A stretch of DNA of 64,000 bases, from positions 480,001-544,000 of the forward strand of contig OY968762.1 of NCBI GenBank assembly GCA_963695225.1, read 5' to 3'. Positions 55,278-64,000 of this stretch are shown here, piece after piece. The notes beneath the pieces are model-generated. The model saw nothing but the letters and a program-made list of their open reading frames with translations, was not told where the DNA came from and made no database searches. This DNA comes from Vulcanimicrobiota bacterium. Lineage in GTDB: Bacteria > Vulcanimicrobiota > Vulcanimicrobiia > Vulcanimicrobiales > Vulcanimicrobiaceae. Every line of letters starts with the position of its first letter. Positions within the stretch are counted from its first letter, which is position 1. A program made the position numbers and the translations under genes.

Positions 55278-57104
55278 ATGTTTTCCCCGACGACGGGCCA
55301 AGCGAAAATCGCTCGGCACATTCGCAATTTCTGCATCATCGCGCACATCGACCACGGCAAGACGACGCTCTCGGACCGGCTGCTCGAGGTGACGCGGACG
55401 ATCGAGCAGCGCCGGATGGAAGAACAGCTGCTCGACGCGATGGACCTCGAACGCGAGCGCGGCATCACGATCAAGATGCATCCGGTGACGCTCGCGTACA
55501 CCGCGCGCGACGGCCAATCATACGAGTTGAACTTCATCGATACGCCGGGCCACGTGGACTTTTCGTCGGAAGTCTCGCGCTCGCTCGCGGCCTGCGAAGG
55601 CGCGATCCTCGTGATCGATGCCGCGCAGGGCATCGAGGCGCAGACGCTGGCGAACTACCACCTCGCGCTCGACCACAAGCTCACGATCATCCCGGTGATC
55701 AACAAGATCGATCTCCCGGCCGCGGATCCGGAGCGGGTGAAGAAGGAGATCGAGGAGCTGCTGATCATCGAGGGCTCCGAGGCGATCCTGTGCAGCGCGA
55801 AAGAGGGCATCGGCATCGTCGACATCCTCGAAGCAATCGTGACGCGCATCCCTCCTCCCAGCGGGCGCGAGGATTATCTGCGCGGCATCGTGTTCGACGC
55901 GCAGTTCGATTCGTACCGCGGCGTCGTCTCCTACGTGCGCGTCGTCGACGGAAGCCTCCGCCCGGGGACGCGCTTCATGTCGATGGCGCAGAAGAAGGTC
56001 TACGAGTGTACGGAGGTCGGCGTCTTCAAGCCGGGGATGCTGAAGACGAGCCGGCTCGAGGTCGGCAACGTCGGCTACGTGATCGCGAACATTCGCTCGC
56101 TCGGCGACATCGACGTCGGCGATACGATCACGGAGGCGGAGAACCCGGCGCCCGAACCGCTCGCAGGCTACAAGCCGATCGTCCCGATGGTCTACTGCGG
56201 GCTGTATCCGAACGAGGGCGTCGAGGTCTCCGATCTGCGCGACGCGCTCGAGAAGCTCGCCCTCAACGATTCGGCCCTGCACTACGAGCCGGAGAGCTCG
56301 ATCGCGCTGGGCTTCGGCTTCCGCTGCGGCTTCCTCGGGCTCTTGCACATGGAGATCGTGCAAGAGCGGCTCGAGCGCAACTACAACCTCGATTTGATCG
56401 CAACCTCGCCCTCGGTCGTCTTCCGCGTGACGCTGACCGACGGGCGCATCGAACTGATCGACAATCCGGCGAAGCTTCCGGCGCGCGACAAGATCGCGCT
56501 GATGGAGGAGCCGTACGTCACGGCAACCGTGATCACGCCGCCCGAGTACGTCGGCGCGATCATGGAGCTGACGCAGAATCGCCGAGGCACGCTCAAGAAC
56601 ATGGAGTACCTCAGCGACGGCCGCGTGATCCTGACCTACGAGATGCCGCTGATCGAGTTGATCATCGATTACTTCGACCAGTTGAAATCGCGCACGAAGG
56701 GCTACGCCTCTCTAGATTACGAGATGATCGGCTACCGCGAAGGCGACCTCGTGAAGCTGGAGATCCTGCTCAACGCGGAGCCGGTCGACGCGCTCTCGTT
56801 CATCGTGGCGCGCGAGAAGGCGCCGAGCCGCGGCCGCGCACTGACGGAGAAGCTGAAGGAACTGATCCCCCGGCAGATGTTCGACGTCCCGATCCAGGCC
56901 GCCATCGGCGGCAAGATCGTTGCGCGCGAGACCGTCAGCGCGATGCGCAAGAACGTCCTTGCGAAATGCTACGGCGGCGACATCACGCGAAAACGGAAGC
57001 TGCTCGAGAAGCAGAAGGCGGGCAAGGAGCGGATGAAGCGGGTCGGCCGGGTCGACCTGCCGCAGGAAGCGTTCATGGCGGTCCTGCGCCTCGACGACGA
57101 CTAG
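55278..57104 (+). CDS. lepA: Elongation factor 4
   Basis: [44 protein letters not shown]. Confidence 0.98.
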   Translation: MFSPTTGQAKIARHIRNFCIIAHIDHGKTTLSDRLLEVTRTIEQRRMEEQLLDAMDLERERGITIKMHPVTLAYTARDGQSYELNFIDTPGHVDFSSEVSRSLAACEGAILVIDAAQGIEAQTLANYHLALDHKLTIIPVINKIDLPAADPERVKKEIEELLIIEGSEAILCSAKEGIGIVDILEAIVTRIPPPSGREDYLRGIVFDAQFDSYRGVVSYVRVVDGSLRPGTRFMSMAQKKVYECTEVGVFKPGMLKTSRLEVGNVGYVIANIRSLGDIDVGDTITEAENPAPEPLAGYKPIVPMVYCGLYPNEGVEVSDLRDALEKLALNDSALHYEPESSIALGFGFRCGFLGLLHMEIVQERLERNYNLDLIATSPSVVFRVTLTDGRIELIDNPAKLPARDKIALMEEPYVTATVITPPEYVGAIMELTQNRRGTLKNMEYLSDGRVILTYEMPLIELIIDYFDQLKSRTKGYASLDYEMIGYREGDLVKLEILLNAEPVDALSFIVAREKAPSRGRALTEKLKELIPRQMFDVPIQAAIGGKIVARETVSAMRKNVLAKCYGGDITRKRKLLEKQKAGKERMKRVGRVDLPQEAFMAVLRLDDD

Positions 57105-57114
57105 GAGGGCCGGC

Positions 57115-57567
57115 ATGGCCGATTGGCTGCTCGAGCGCAACTACAGCGATTTGCAGGTCGGCGAGAGGCAACGGTGCCGCGCGCGGACGATCACGGAGGC
57201 GGACATCGTGATGTGGTGCTCGCTGACGGGCGACTGGTTTTGGCCGCACGTCGACGCGCCGGCGGCTGCGAAATCGATCTTCGGGCAGCGCGTCGCGCCG
57301 GGGATGATGGTGTGGGCGTTCGGAGGCGGGCTCGGCGTTCCGGCGCACTCGCGGACGATCGTCGCGAACTACGGCGCGGATAAGCTCCGCTTCACGAAGC
57401 CCGTCTTCATCGGCGACACGATCCGGCTGGAGTTGGAGATCCTCGCGAAGCGCGGGCGGCCGGGCGGCGGCGGCGTGGTCGACGTGGGCTGGAATCTGTT
57501 CAATCAGCGCGACGAGGCGGTCTGCGTCAGCACCGTCAAGCTCTTGATGACGGACGCCGTTCCCTAA
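57115..57567 (+). CDS. MaoC-like (hot-dog fold) dehydratase
   Basis: RTITEAD, TGD...HVD, LRF.KPVFIGDT, NQR; GGAGG RBS. Confidence 0.88.
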   Translation: MADWLLERNYSDLQVGERQRCRARTITEADIVMWCSLTGDWFWPHVDAPAAAKSIFGQRVAPGMMVWAFGGGLGVPAHSRTIVANYGADKLRFTKPVFIGDTIRLELEILAKRGRPGGGGVVDVGWNLFNQRDEAVCVSTVKLLMTDAVP

Positions 57568-58571
57568 GCGGGACCGCTCCAGGGGGAACCGTCGCCTGCG
57601 TAGACGTTGCCGTAGAGTTGGGTCGCTTCCGGGAGCGGCTCCGCTTCCACTTCGTCGGTGATGCGGTCGACGAGTTCGCGCAACTCCGCACGCAGGGCGT
57701 CGACGTCGGCCTGCGTCAGCACGCCGCCGGCGATCAAGTCGCGCTCGAAGCGCGGGACGGGATCGTTCGCACGATAGCGCGCGACTTCTTCCGGCGAGCG
57801 ATACGTGCGGTCGTCATCGTCGGTCGTATGCGAAAGGAAGCGGTAGCACTGCGCTTCGACGAGCGTCGGCCCCTCGCCCGAGACGGCCCGCGCGCGGGCA
57901 TCGCGCAGTGCCGCGAAGACCGCGAGCGGATCGAATCCGTCGACCGTTGCTCCGGGAATGCCGTAGCCCGCGGCGCGCTCGGCAACGTTCTCGATCGCCA
58001 TCTGCTTGGATTGCGGCGTCGAGATCGCCCAACGATTGTTCTCGCAGAAGAAGACGACCGGAACGCGGTGCACGGCTGCAAAATTCAGGGCCTCGTGCCA
58101 CTCCCCTTGGCTCGTCGCGCCGTCGCCGAACGTGCAGAAGACCGCACGCTCCCTCTCGCCGCGCAGCTTGAACGCGTACGCGGCGCCGACGGCGTGCGAG
58201 CACTGCGCGGCGACGGTCGAACTGATCGTCGCGATCCCGAGTTCGCTCGCCGTCGCATGGTTGACGATCTGTCGACCTTGCGAACGATCGCTCGCACGCG
58301 CGAAGAGCGAACGGAACAAATCCCGCAACGGATAGCCGCAGGCCAGCAGCGCCCCCGTATCGCGGTAATACGGGTAAAGCGCGTCGCTGCCGCGCACGAA
58401 GACGAGCCCGAGTGCCGCTTGCGCCGCTTCGTGCCCCTCGGAGCTCATCGCGATCGGGATCTTGCCTTGCCGGTTGAGCTGAAAGCCACGGCTATCGACT
58501 GCTCGCTGCAAGAGCATGTCGTGCAGGACGGTGCGGAGCTGCACGTGCGTCAACGGTCCGGTCCAAATCAT
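57564..58571 (-). CDS. TPP-dependent 2-oxoacid dehydrogenase E1 alpha subunit
   Basis: GHEAAQ, YYRD, GDGATSQG...NN, YRF.SHTTDDD. Confidence 0.92.
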   Translation of the reverse strand: MIWTGPLTHVQLRTVLHDMLLQRAVDSRGFQLNRQGKIPIAMSSEGHEAAQAALGLVFVRGSDALYPYYRDTGALLACGYPLRDLFRSLFARASDRSQGRQIVNHATASELGIATISSTVAAQCSHAVGAAYAFKLRGERERAVFCTFGDGATSQGEWHEALNFAAVHRVPVVFFCENNRWAISTPQSKQMAIENVAERAAGYGIPGATVDGFDPLAVFAALRDARARAVSGEGPTLVEAQCYRFLSHTTDDDDRTYRSPEEVARYRANDPVPRFERDLIAGGVLTQADVDALRAELRELVDRITDEVEAEPLPEATQLYGNVYAGDGSPWSGPA

Positions 58572-58718
58572 GTCGGCTCGTCCTCCCCGGCGTGGCGACC
58601 GGCGAACCGTGCGTCGGTGTTTTAGCGGATTCCCATCGAGCGTTGCGGTGTGCCGACGTTCGCGCGGTCCACCCGGCCCTCCCTCCGCCCGTTGCCGCGC
58701 CGTGTGACGGCGCGCAGG

Positions 58719-58747
58719 TTTACAATCATCGGTGCAGGATGTATACT
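58719..58747 (+). promoter_or_regulatory. Near-consensus sigma70 promoter
   Basis: TTTACA-17 nt-TATACT. Confidence 0.75.
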
Positions 58748-58750
58748 CAA

Positions 58751-58970
58751 GTCGTCTCGAGACAGGACGCGCGTTTCTCCTAAAAGGAGGGCGATTGGAA
58801 TCGCAGAATCCACCCGGGCACCTCGCCGGAGTGTGAACGCTCCAAAGATCGTGTAGTCGCGTAGCGCAACACATAACGTTTCGGACGTTTTCCGAAGTAC
58901 GGCGCGCGCACTCAAGACGATCTGCTCAACGCAAACGCCGTGAATTTTCGCGGCGTTTGCGTTGAGCCTT
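58751..58970 (+). ncRNA. Candidate structured RNA or leader (multi-helix junction followed by 20-bp hairpin), family unknown
   Basis: Ends pair (58752-61/58911-20, 58768-75/58901-08) and enclose at least five short hairpins; long hairpin at 58924-58967. Confidence 0.5.
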
Positions 58971-58986
58971 GTACGGGTGAACGACG

Positions 58987-60027
58987 ATGACGAGATCGGT
59001 GCCGTCCAGCGGCCTCGTGATTCCGAGCAGTGGGTTGATTCCGGCTCCGGAGATTCCGCAGCCGAACATCTATCCCATGGAGTGGCGCATCCACACGCCG
59101 AAGCTCGCAGAACTCTACGAGCGCTCGAAGCTGCACGTTTGGAATCCCTCCGATTTTCCGTGGGAGGAACTGCGCCCCGAGGACTTCTCGCCGGAGCAGC
59201 GGATCGGAATCATGTATTGGTATGCGGTCCTGGCGAATTTCGACGGCTCGGGCCCGGCCGTCTTCGCGAAGGCGACGATCCATGCATTCGAGCACCACAC
59301 CGAGGATCCGATCCGCAAGTGTTTCTTTTCGATCACGCGCGACGAGATGAATCACGAAGAGTGTTGCCAGCGGGCGATCCAAAGACTCGTCCCGGGAGGG
59401 CCGCTCGACTTCGTTGCGACGACCGATCTCGAACGCGCGGCGCAGAACAACGTCGGCTGGCTCTACCATAACGGCGGGCGGTACTGGACGGGCTACTCTG
59501 CTTCGCTTGAGAAGTATCCGTTGAGCGTGTTGTTCACGTCCTTCATGATGGGCGAAGTCGCGAGTTCCACGCTCTTCTTCGGGATGGCTCAGAAGGCGAC
59601 GCACCCGCTCTTCAAAGAGATCTTCAAGAAAGTCGGGCAAGACGAAGCGCGCCATCTTGCGATCTGCCTGACGATCCTCGAGAACGATTGGCCCGGGCTC
59701 TCGGATGAATACAAGGCCCTGATCACGCGACAGCTACGGGCCGGCTTCGTCTTTCTTTCGATGATCTTGTGGGAGCCGCCGAACCAATTCTGGGAGATCC
59801 CGGACTATTTTCTGCCGAACCACCGCGTGCTCGTCGGCCACGCGCGGGCGGGCGGGCTCGGCGTGTTGAGCTACGACGAGCAGGCCGAAAACTGGCGCAC
59901 GGCGCTCGCGCGCGTCAGAGCGATCGTCCAGGAGTGGGGCATCGAGTTTCCGGCGATTCCCGAACTCGACCTCGACGGCGTCGACGTGGGGCACATCGGG
60001 CCGGAAGACATCATCCCGGTCTTCTAG
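58987..60027 (+). CDS. Ferritin-like diiron-carboxylate protein of unknown function
   Basis: D(FDG)...DEMNH...E(GEVA)...DEARH ligand pattern. Confidence 0.8.
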   Translation: MTRSVPSSGLVIPSSGLIPAPEIPQPNIYPMEWRIHTPKLAELYERSKLHVWNPSDFPWEELRPEDFSPEQRIGIMYWYAVLANFDGSGPAVFAKATIHAFEHHTEDPIRKCFFSITRDEMNHEECCQRAIQRLVPGGPLDFVATTDLERAAQNNVGWLYHNGGRYWTGYSASLEKYPLSVLFTSFMMGEVASSTLFFGMAQKATHPLFKEIFKKVGQDEARHLAICLTILENDWPGLSDEYKALITRQLRAGFVFLSMILWEPPNQFWEIPDYFLPNHRVLVGHARAGGLGVLSYDEQAENWRTALARVRAIVQEWGIEFPAIPELDLDGVDVGHIGPEDIIPVF

Positions 60028-60140
60028 TCTTTCGAGGCGTCGGCTTCGCTCGCCGGAATCGCTTCAGGTGCCGCGAGGATCAGCGCCGCGATCACCGCGG
60101 CCATCAGCCCTGTCGAGAACTCCTGCAGAAGCTGGTCCAT
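60024..60140 (-). CDS. Candidate 38-aa single-TM small protein
   Basis: MDQLLQEFSTGLMAAVIAALILAAPEAIPASEADASKD; purine-rich RBS; fills the gap. Confidence 0.4.
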   Translation of the reverse strand: MDQLLQEFSTGLMAAVIAALILAAPEAIPASEADASKD

Positions 60141-60191
60141 GTACTCACTTTCGGCCGACGCTCGCACATCTGTTAGAGCGGCGTTTCCCAC

Positions 60192-61064
60192 TTATGGTTC
60201 TTGGAAAACCGCTTGCTCCCACACTCGGTTCGAGAGATTCGTCTGGACCGTCGTGATGTAGCCGTCGGCCGAGCTCGTGTGCCAGCGGCCGGCGAACCAC
60301 CGGCCGACGCAGCCCCACGCGTCCCCGGCGGCATATTGGCTGCCGCGGTCCACCGTGTTGAGCCAGGTTTCGTACCCTTCGAAACAGGCGCGCCAGATAC
60401 CGTAGGTGAGGTCCGCGTTGAACGCCGTCGAGACCGCGATCCCGGGCCATGCGCTCACCTCGTACGGGTACCGGTTTTGCAGGATGCCCCAACTCTCGGG
60501 ACACTCGGCGGGGTGGTTCGCCGGATCGTCGACGCCGAGACCGTGGCCGGGCGGGCAGCGCGTCGGGTCCGTCCCCCAATCGCCCTGCGCCGTCTGCCGC
60601 CACCAGGATTCCGTGACCGCTTGCGCGCGCGCGACGTCTTCGTCGATCCCCCACTTGCAGGCGGCCCACTGGAGTATCTCGTCGGTGGTCCCGGTGAAAT
60701 TCCCGTCGATCCGGGGAGCGATCGTGCTCCCGGCGCGGGCGTCGTCTCCGCTGAAGAACGAGGCCGGGATGCTCTGGCCGCCTCGCGTCGCGTTCGCGGC
60801 CGCGTTCATCCGCTTGTTCTCGGCGGCCGGGCGGACGGCGGAGGCGCACGCGTCGTCCCCGGGGAGCGTCGAACCCGGGGGAAGCGTCGTGAAGCGCTGC
60901 GGGCTCGAGGGCCCGGTGCTCGGCTGCGCGCTCGGTCCCGGCGCGGGGCTTCCCGTGGGGGCCACAATGGGCGGCGTCCCGGCCCCGCCGGGCGATCCAG
61001 CCGAGCCGCAGCCGGCGCACGCGAGAGCGGCCGCGAGCGAGAGAAAGCGAACGAGCGTACTCAC
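60192..61064 (-). CDS. Lipoprotein with lysozyme/lytic-transglycosylase-like domain
   Basis: Lipobox CAGC; KWGIDED..RAQA.TESWW, SWGILQ. Confidence 0.65.
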   Translation of the reverse strand: MSTLVRFLSLAAALACAGCGSAGSPGGAGTPPIVAPTGSPAPGPSAQPSTGPSSPQRFTTLPPGSTLPGDDACASAVRPAAENKRMNAAANATRGGQSIPASFFSGDDARAGSTIAPRIDGNFTGTTDEILQWAACKWGIDEDVARAQAVTESWWRQTAQGDWGTDPTRCPPGHGLGVDDPANHPAECPESWGILQNRYPYEVSAWPGIAVSTAFNADLTYGIWRACFEGYETWLNTVDRGSQYAAGDAWGCVGRWFAGRWHTSSADGYITTVQTNLSNRVWEQAVFQEP

Positions 61065-61125
61065 GATGCTGGTATCCTACCCAAACGGGCCGCGGCCGCA
61101 CGGGTCGCGGCCCGAATGTGAGCGC

Positions 61126-61407
61126 CTACACGGTCCGGCCCCGAGCGAACTGCCTTCGCCCTAGCGGGGGCTCCTCGCGACGGACGACATCGTCGACGCG
61201 TGCCCACGCCGGCGGCCGCGCGAGCACGGCCGCGAGGAACATCTCCACCTCGTGCGGCTCGCCTTCGACGTCGATTTCCACGGCGCCGGATTCGCTGAGA
61301 TTGCGCACCGTCCCGGCGACCGCGAAGTTCCAAGCGTGCGCGACGACCGTGTCGCGGAAGCCGACCCCCTGGACGCGCCCGTAGACGGTCGCAACCGTTC
61401 GAACCAT
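61126..61407 (-). CDS. acyP: Acylphosphatase
   Basis: VYGRVQGVGFR, GTVRN, VEI..EG. Confidence 0.9.
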   Translation of the reverse strand: MVRTVATVYGRVQGVGFRDTVVAHAWNFAVAGTVRNLSESGAVEIDVEGEPHEVEMFLAAVLARPPAWARVDDVVRREEPPLGRRQFARGRTV

Positions 61408-61590
61408 GCGCGGCACTCGGCCGCGCGGCTGCCCGATCCCTGCGCGGCGAGTGCGCGCGCGGCCGCCCCGGCTCCGGCCCGGCGAGGGCGCTCGCGAGTG
61501 CGCCCCGTAAGGAAGCAGCGTGAAACGAGCAGCCCCCGCAACCTGCGCGCACGGCAACGCGCGCTGCGCGCATCTCTGCGCGATGGTGTC

Positions 61591-62202
61591 TTGAGCGTGC
61601 TGGTCTACGCGGCGACGAAGAACCCCGGTAAATTGCGGGAGTTGCGGGCGCTGTTCGCCGGCACGGATTGGGAGATCGACATCTTCCCCGCGTATCGCGA
61701 ACCCCTCGAGGGCGAAACGTCGTATCTCGACAACGCCGAACTGAAGGCGCGGACGCTGCGCGCGCAACTCGTCGCGGCGGGGCGCCCGGATGCGGCCGCG
61801 CTTGGCGACGATTCGGGGATCGAAGTGACGGCCCTCGGCCGCCGGCCGGGCGTCCTCTCCGCACGCTACGGCGGCGAGAGTGCGAACTGGGCCGCGCGCC
61901 GCGCGCTCCTGATCGCCGAGCTGGACGCGAGCGGCAGCGCGGACCGCAGTGCCCGCTTCGTCTGCGCGCTGCATCTCGTCGGCCCCGATGGTCGCGAAGA
62001 TCGGGTCGAGCGCGACGTCGAAGGCACGATCGTCGCCCGCGAGCGCGGCCTCGCGGGATTCTCGTACGATCCGATCTTCGAGTACGCCCCGCTCGGCAAG
62101 ACGTTCGCCGAACTAAGCGAGGCGGAAAAGAATGCGCACAGCCATCGCGGCCGTGCCTGCCGAGACCTCTACGCAGCGGTCAGCGCCCGGCGGACGCCCT
62201 GA
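61591..62202 (+). CDS. rdgB: Non-canonical purine NTP pyrophosphatase (RdgB/HAM1)
   Basis: ATKNPGKLRE, DDSGI, PGVLSARY, GFSYDPIF, SHRGRA. Confidence 0.93.
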   Translation: MSVLVYAATKNPGKLRELRALFAGTDWEIDIFPAYREPLEGETSYLDNAELKARTLRAQLVAAGRPDAAALGDDSGIEVTALGRRPGVLSARYGGESANWAARRALLIAELDASGSADRSARFVCALHLVGPDGREDRVERDVEGTIVARERGLAGFSYDPIFEYAPLGKTFAELSEAEKNAHSHRGRACRDLYAAVSARRTP

Positions 62203-62290
62203 GGTCGCCGAAGGGTGATCCCGTCAAACGATGAGTCCGATCCCAACGCGCCGAGGGCGGCAATCAGAGCGTCGAGAACCTACGGCCGAG

Positions 62291-62364
<74 letters not shown>

Positions 62365-62408
62365 TTGCGTTTTCGTTCCGGCGCCGTTCGAATCGCCGAA
62401 CACCGAAG

Positions 62409-63170
62409 CTAGATGCGCACGATGCGCTCCCGCAATGCCGCGCCGTCCCACTGCAGCAGGCGAAACGCCGCGCGTTCGAAGGCGATGCGGGGAATCCCGG
62501 CCCCGGCGCCCGCGATCGGCACGAACTGATCGCTCGTGCTTGGGCACGAGCTGACGAGCGTCGTTCCCCAGCGCCGCGCGCGGACGCAGTGAAGGTGCCC
62601 GCAGATGACGCGGACTACGTGCGGGTTCCGTTCGATTGCGGCGCGCAGAGCCTCCGCGCCGGCGAACGGGAACCAATCGAGCGGAAGGATGCCCGCCGCG
62701 AAAGGGGCCTGATGGAGCATCAGGAGCGTCGGACGGCGGTCCGCGGCGAGCGTGCGCTCGAGCCAGTCGCTGCGCGCCTCGTCGAAGCGTCCGCCGCTGA
62801 CGCCCGGCTCCGTCGAATCGAGCGCGACGAGGCGCAGCGCAAAGCGTTCCTCGACGTAGCAGAGCGGCCCGTTCGGCGGCATCCCGCGCAGATCCGCGAA
62901 CGCGCTGCGAAACGTTTCGCGCACGTCGTGATTGCCGGGGATGACGAGGTACGGCATGCGTAGCGGCGCAATCAGATTGCGAAAAAGTGCGTATTCGGCG
63001 GGACGCCCCCGCTCCGTAAGATCCCCCGTGAACACGACGACGTCCGGGGCCGGGTCGAGCCGGCTCACGCGATCGACGCACCGAGCGAGCGCTCCGGCCG
63101 TGTCGAACGAGGGAAACGCGTGGCCCCGCGAGGCCCGGATGTGGGAATCGCTGAGCTGGGCGATCAGCAT
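62409..63170 (-). CDS. Metallophosphoesterase (CpdA/GpdQ-like phosphodiesterase)
   Basis: SDSH, TGDL, PGNHD, CGHLH. Confidence 0.9.
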   Translation of the reverse strand: MLIAQLSDSHIRASRGHAFPSFDTAGALARCVDRVSRLDPAPDVVVFTGDLTERGRPAEYALFRNLIAPLRMPYLVIPGNHDVRETFRSAFADLRGMPPNGPLCYVEERFALRLVALDSTEPGVSGGRFDEARSDWLERTLAADRRPTLLMLHQAPFAAGILPLDWFPFAGAEALRAAIERNPHVVRVICGHLHCVRARRWGTTLVSSCPSTSDQFVPIAGAGAGIPRIAFERAAFRLLQWDGAALRERIVRI

Positions 63171-63229
63171 GGCGAACGAGGTGAGGCGAGGACGCGTTTC
63201 GTACGATGGAGCGAGAGCCGTCCCCCGCT

Positions 63230-63305
<76 letters not shown>

Positions 63306-63460
63306 GTTTGCCTGCTTCGCAGCGGCCTGCAGCATGGCGGTCACGCCGGCGGCGCGGGGGCTTGGGCGGACGGTTTCCGGACGCTCTCGCTGCTATGCTC
63401 GCCTTCGAGAACGGCGGACAGGTCCGCGCTTCCCTGCGTGCGTATACAGGGAGCGTCCGC

Positions 63461-63538
63461 GGTGATTGTAGCTCAGTTGGTTAGAGCGCTGGACTGTGAC
63501 TCCGGAGGTCGCGGGTTCGAGCCCCGTCAATCACCCCA
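63461..63538 (+). tRNA. tRNA-His(GTG)
   Basis: Encoded G-1, C discriminator, anticodon loop CTGTGAC, CCA encoded. Confidence 0.96.
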
Positions 63539-63595
63539 AGAATTCCCGCGCCCCGTTCTTGCATCGCCATTCTTTCGAGGAGAGATCACTCACTC

Positions 63596-64000
63596 ATGAA
63601 GCGTTTGCTCACGGCAGGTGTTTGTTGTAGCGCGATTGCGGCGATCGTCGCCGCCGGTCTTGTCGCCCCGGCGCCCGCGGCGACGAGCGGGCTCGCCTTC
63701 GATTCTGTCTCGCGCTTGGGCGGGAACGGAGCCGATACGGCCGAGCCGGGTACGTTCGAAGCCGATTTCGAGCAAGCGTCGAAACCCCGGGAAGCATCGC
63801 ACATCAAGGGGCCGTTCGCGGGCATGATGAACGCGGCAATGGACAGGGCGGGTGCCCCAATGGCGATGATGCAGAGCGGCATTGCGGAACGGCACTACTA
63901 CGCCGGCGCCCTCGAACGCACCGACGATATTGCGGGGCGGACGGCGACGATCACCGACTGCGCGGCGCGCACGATCACGACGCTCAATCTCGCGAAGAAG
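63596..64000 (+). CDS. Hypothetical secreted protein (3' truncated by window)
   Basis: GAGGAG RBS, MKRLLTAGVCCSAIAAIVAAGLV signal peptide, frame open to window end. Confidence 0.75.
   Translation, partial: MKRLLTAGVCCSAIAAIVAAGLVAPAPAATSGLAFDSVSRLGGNGADTAEPGTFEADFEQASKPREASHIKGPFAGMMNAAMDRAGAPMAMMQSGIAERHYYAGALERTDDIAGRTATITDCAARTITTLNLAKK

Noticed and set aside
58751..58921. 6S RNA or c-di-AMP riboswitch identity for the structured RNA
   Set aside because: Branched rather than a long rod with central bubble; GCAGAATCC is present but downstream c-di-AMP motifs are absent

Overview
Very GC-rich bacterial chromosomal window, densely coding, with many 4-nt start/stop overlaps. Gene style tentatively suggests Candidatus Eremiobacterota/Vulcanimicrobiota (inference only). 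It holds about 55 protein genes, including a Tat-exported TorA/DorA-type molybdoenzyme with a monoheme cytochrome, a split class II ribonucleotide reductase with an HNH intein, an ArsR-led hyf/Ehr-type membrane complex, cysK, hydantoinase/oxoprolinase A/B-cobC-cobT-ppa-icd, deoC with a split ALDH, hppD/fahA, liv ABC genes and lepA. It also has four tRNAs and SRP RNA. The strongest signals the ORF track misses are: (1) a probably leaderless Cys-Cys-Cys leader peptide with antiterminator/terminator upstream of cysK; (2) a 248-bp internally deleted IS110 element inserted at a CT core inside a REP-like repeat, with its circle-junction promoter intact; (3) an Ehr-like large subunit that keeps all four NiFe-site cysteines; (4) a Gln-terminated intein at the RNR catalytic cysteine; (5) a promoter-driven multi-helix RNA upstream of an uncharacterised diiron protein; (6) a 243-bp nested palindromic element. 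All calls come from reading the sequence; no searches or folding programs were run.
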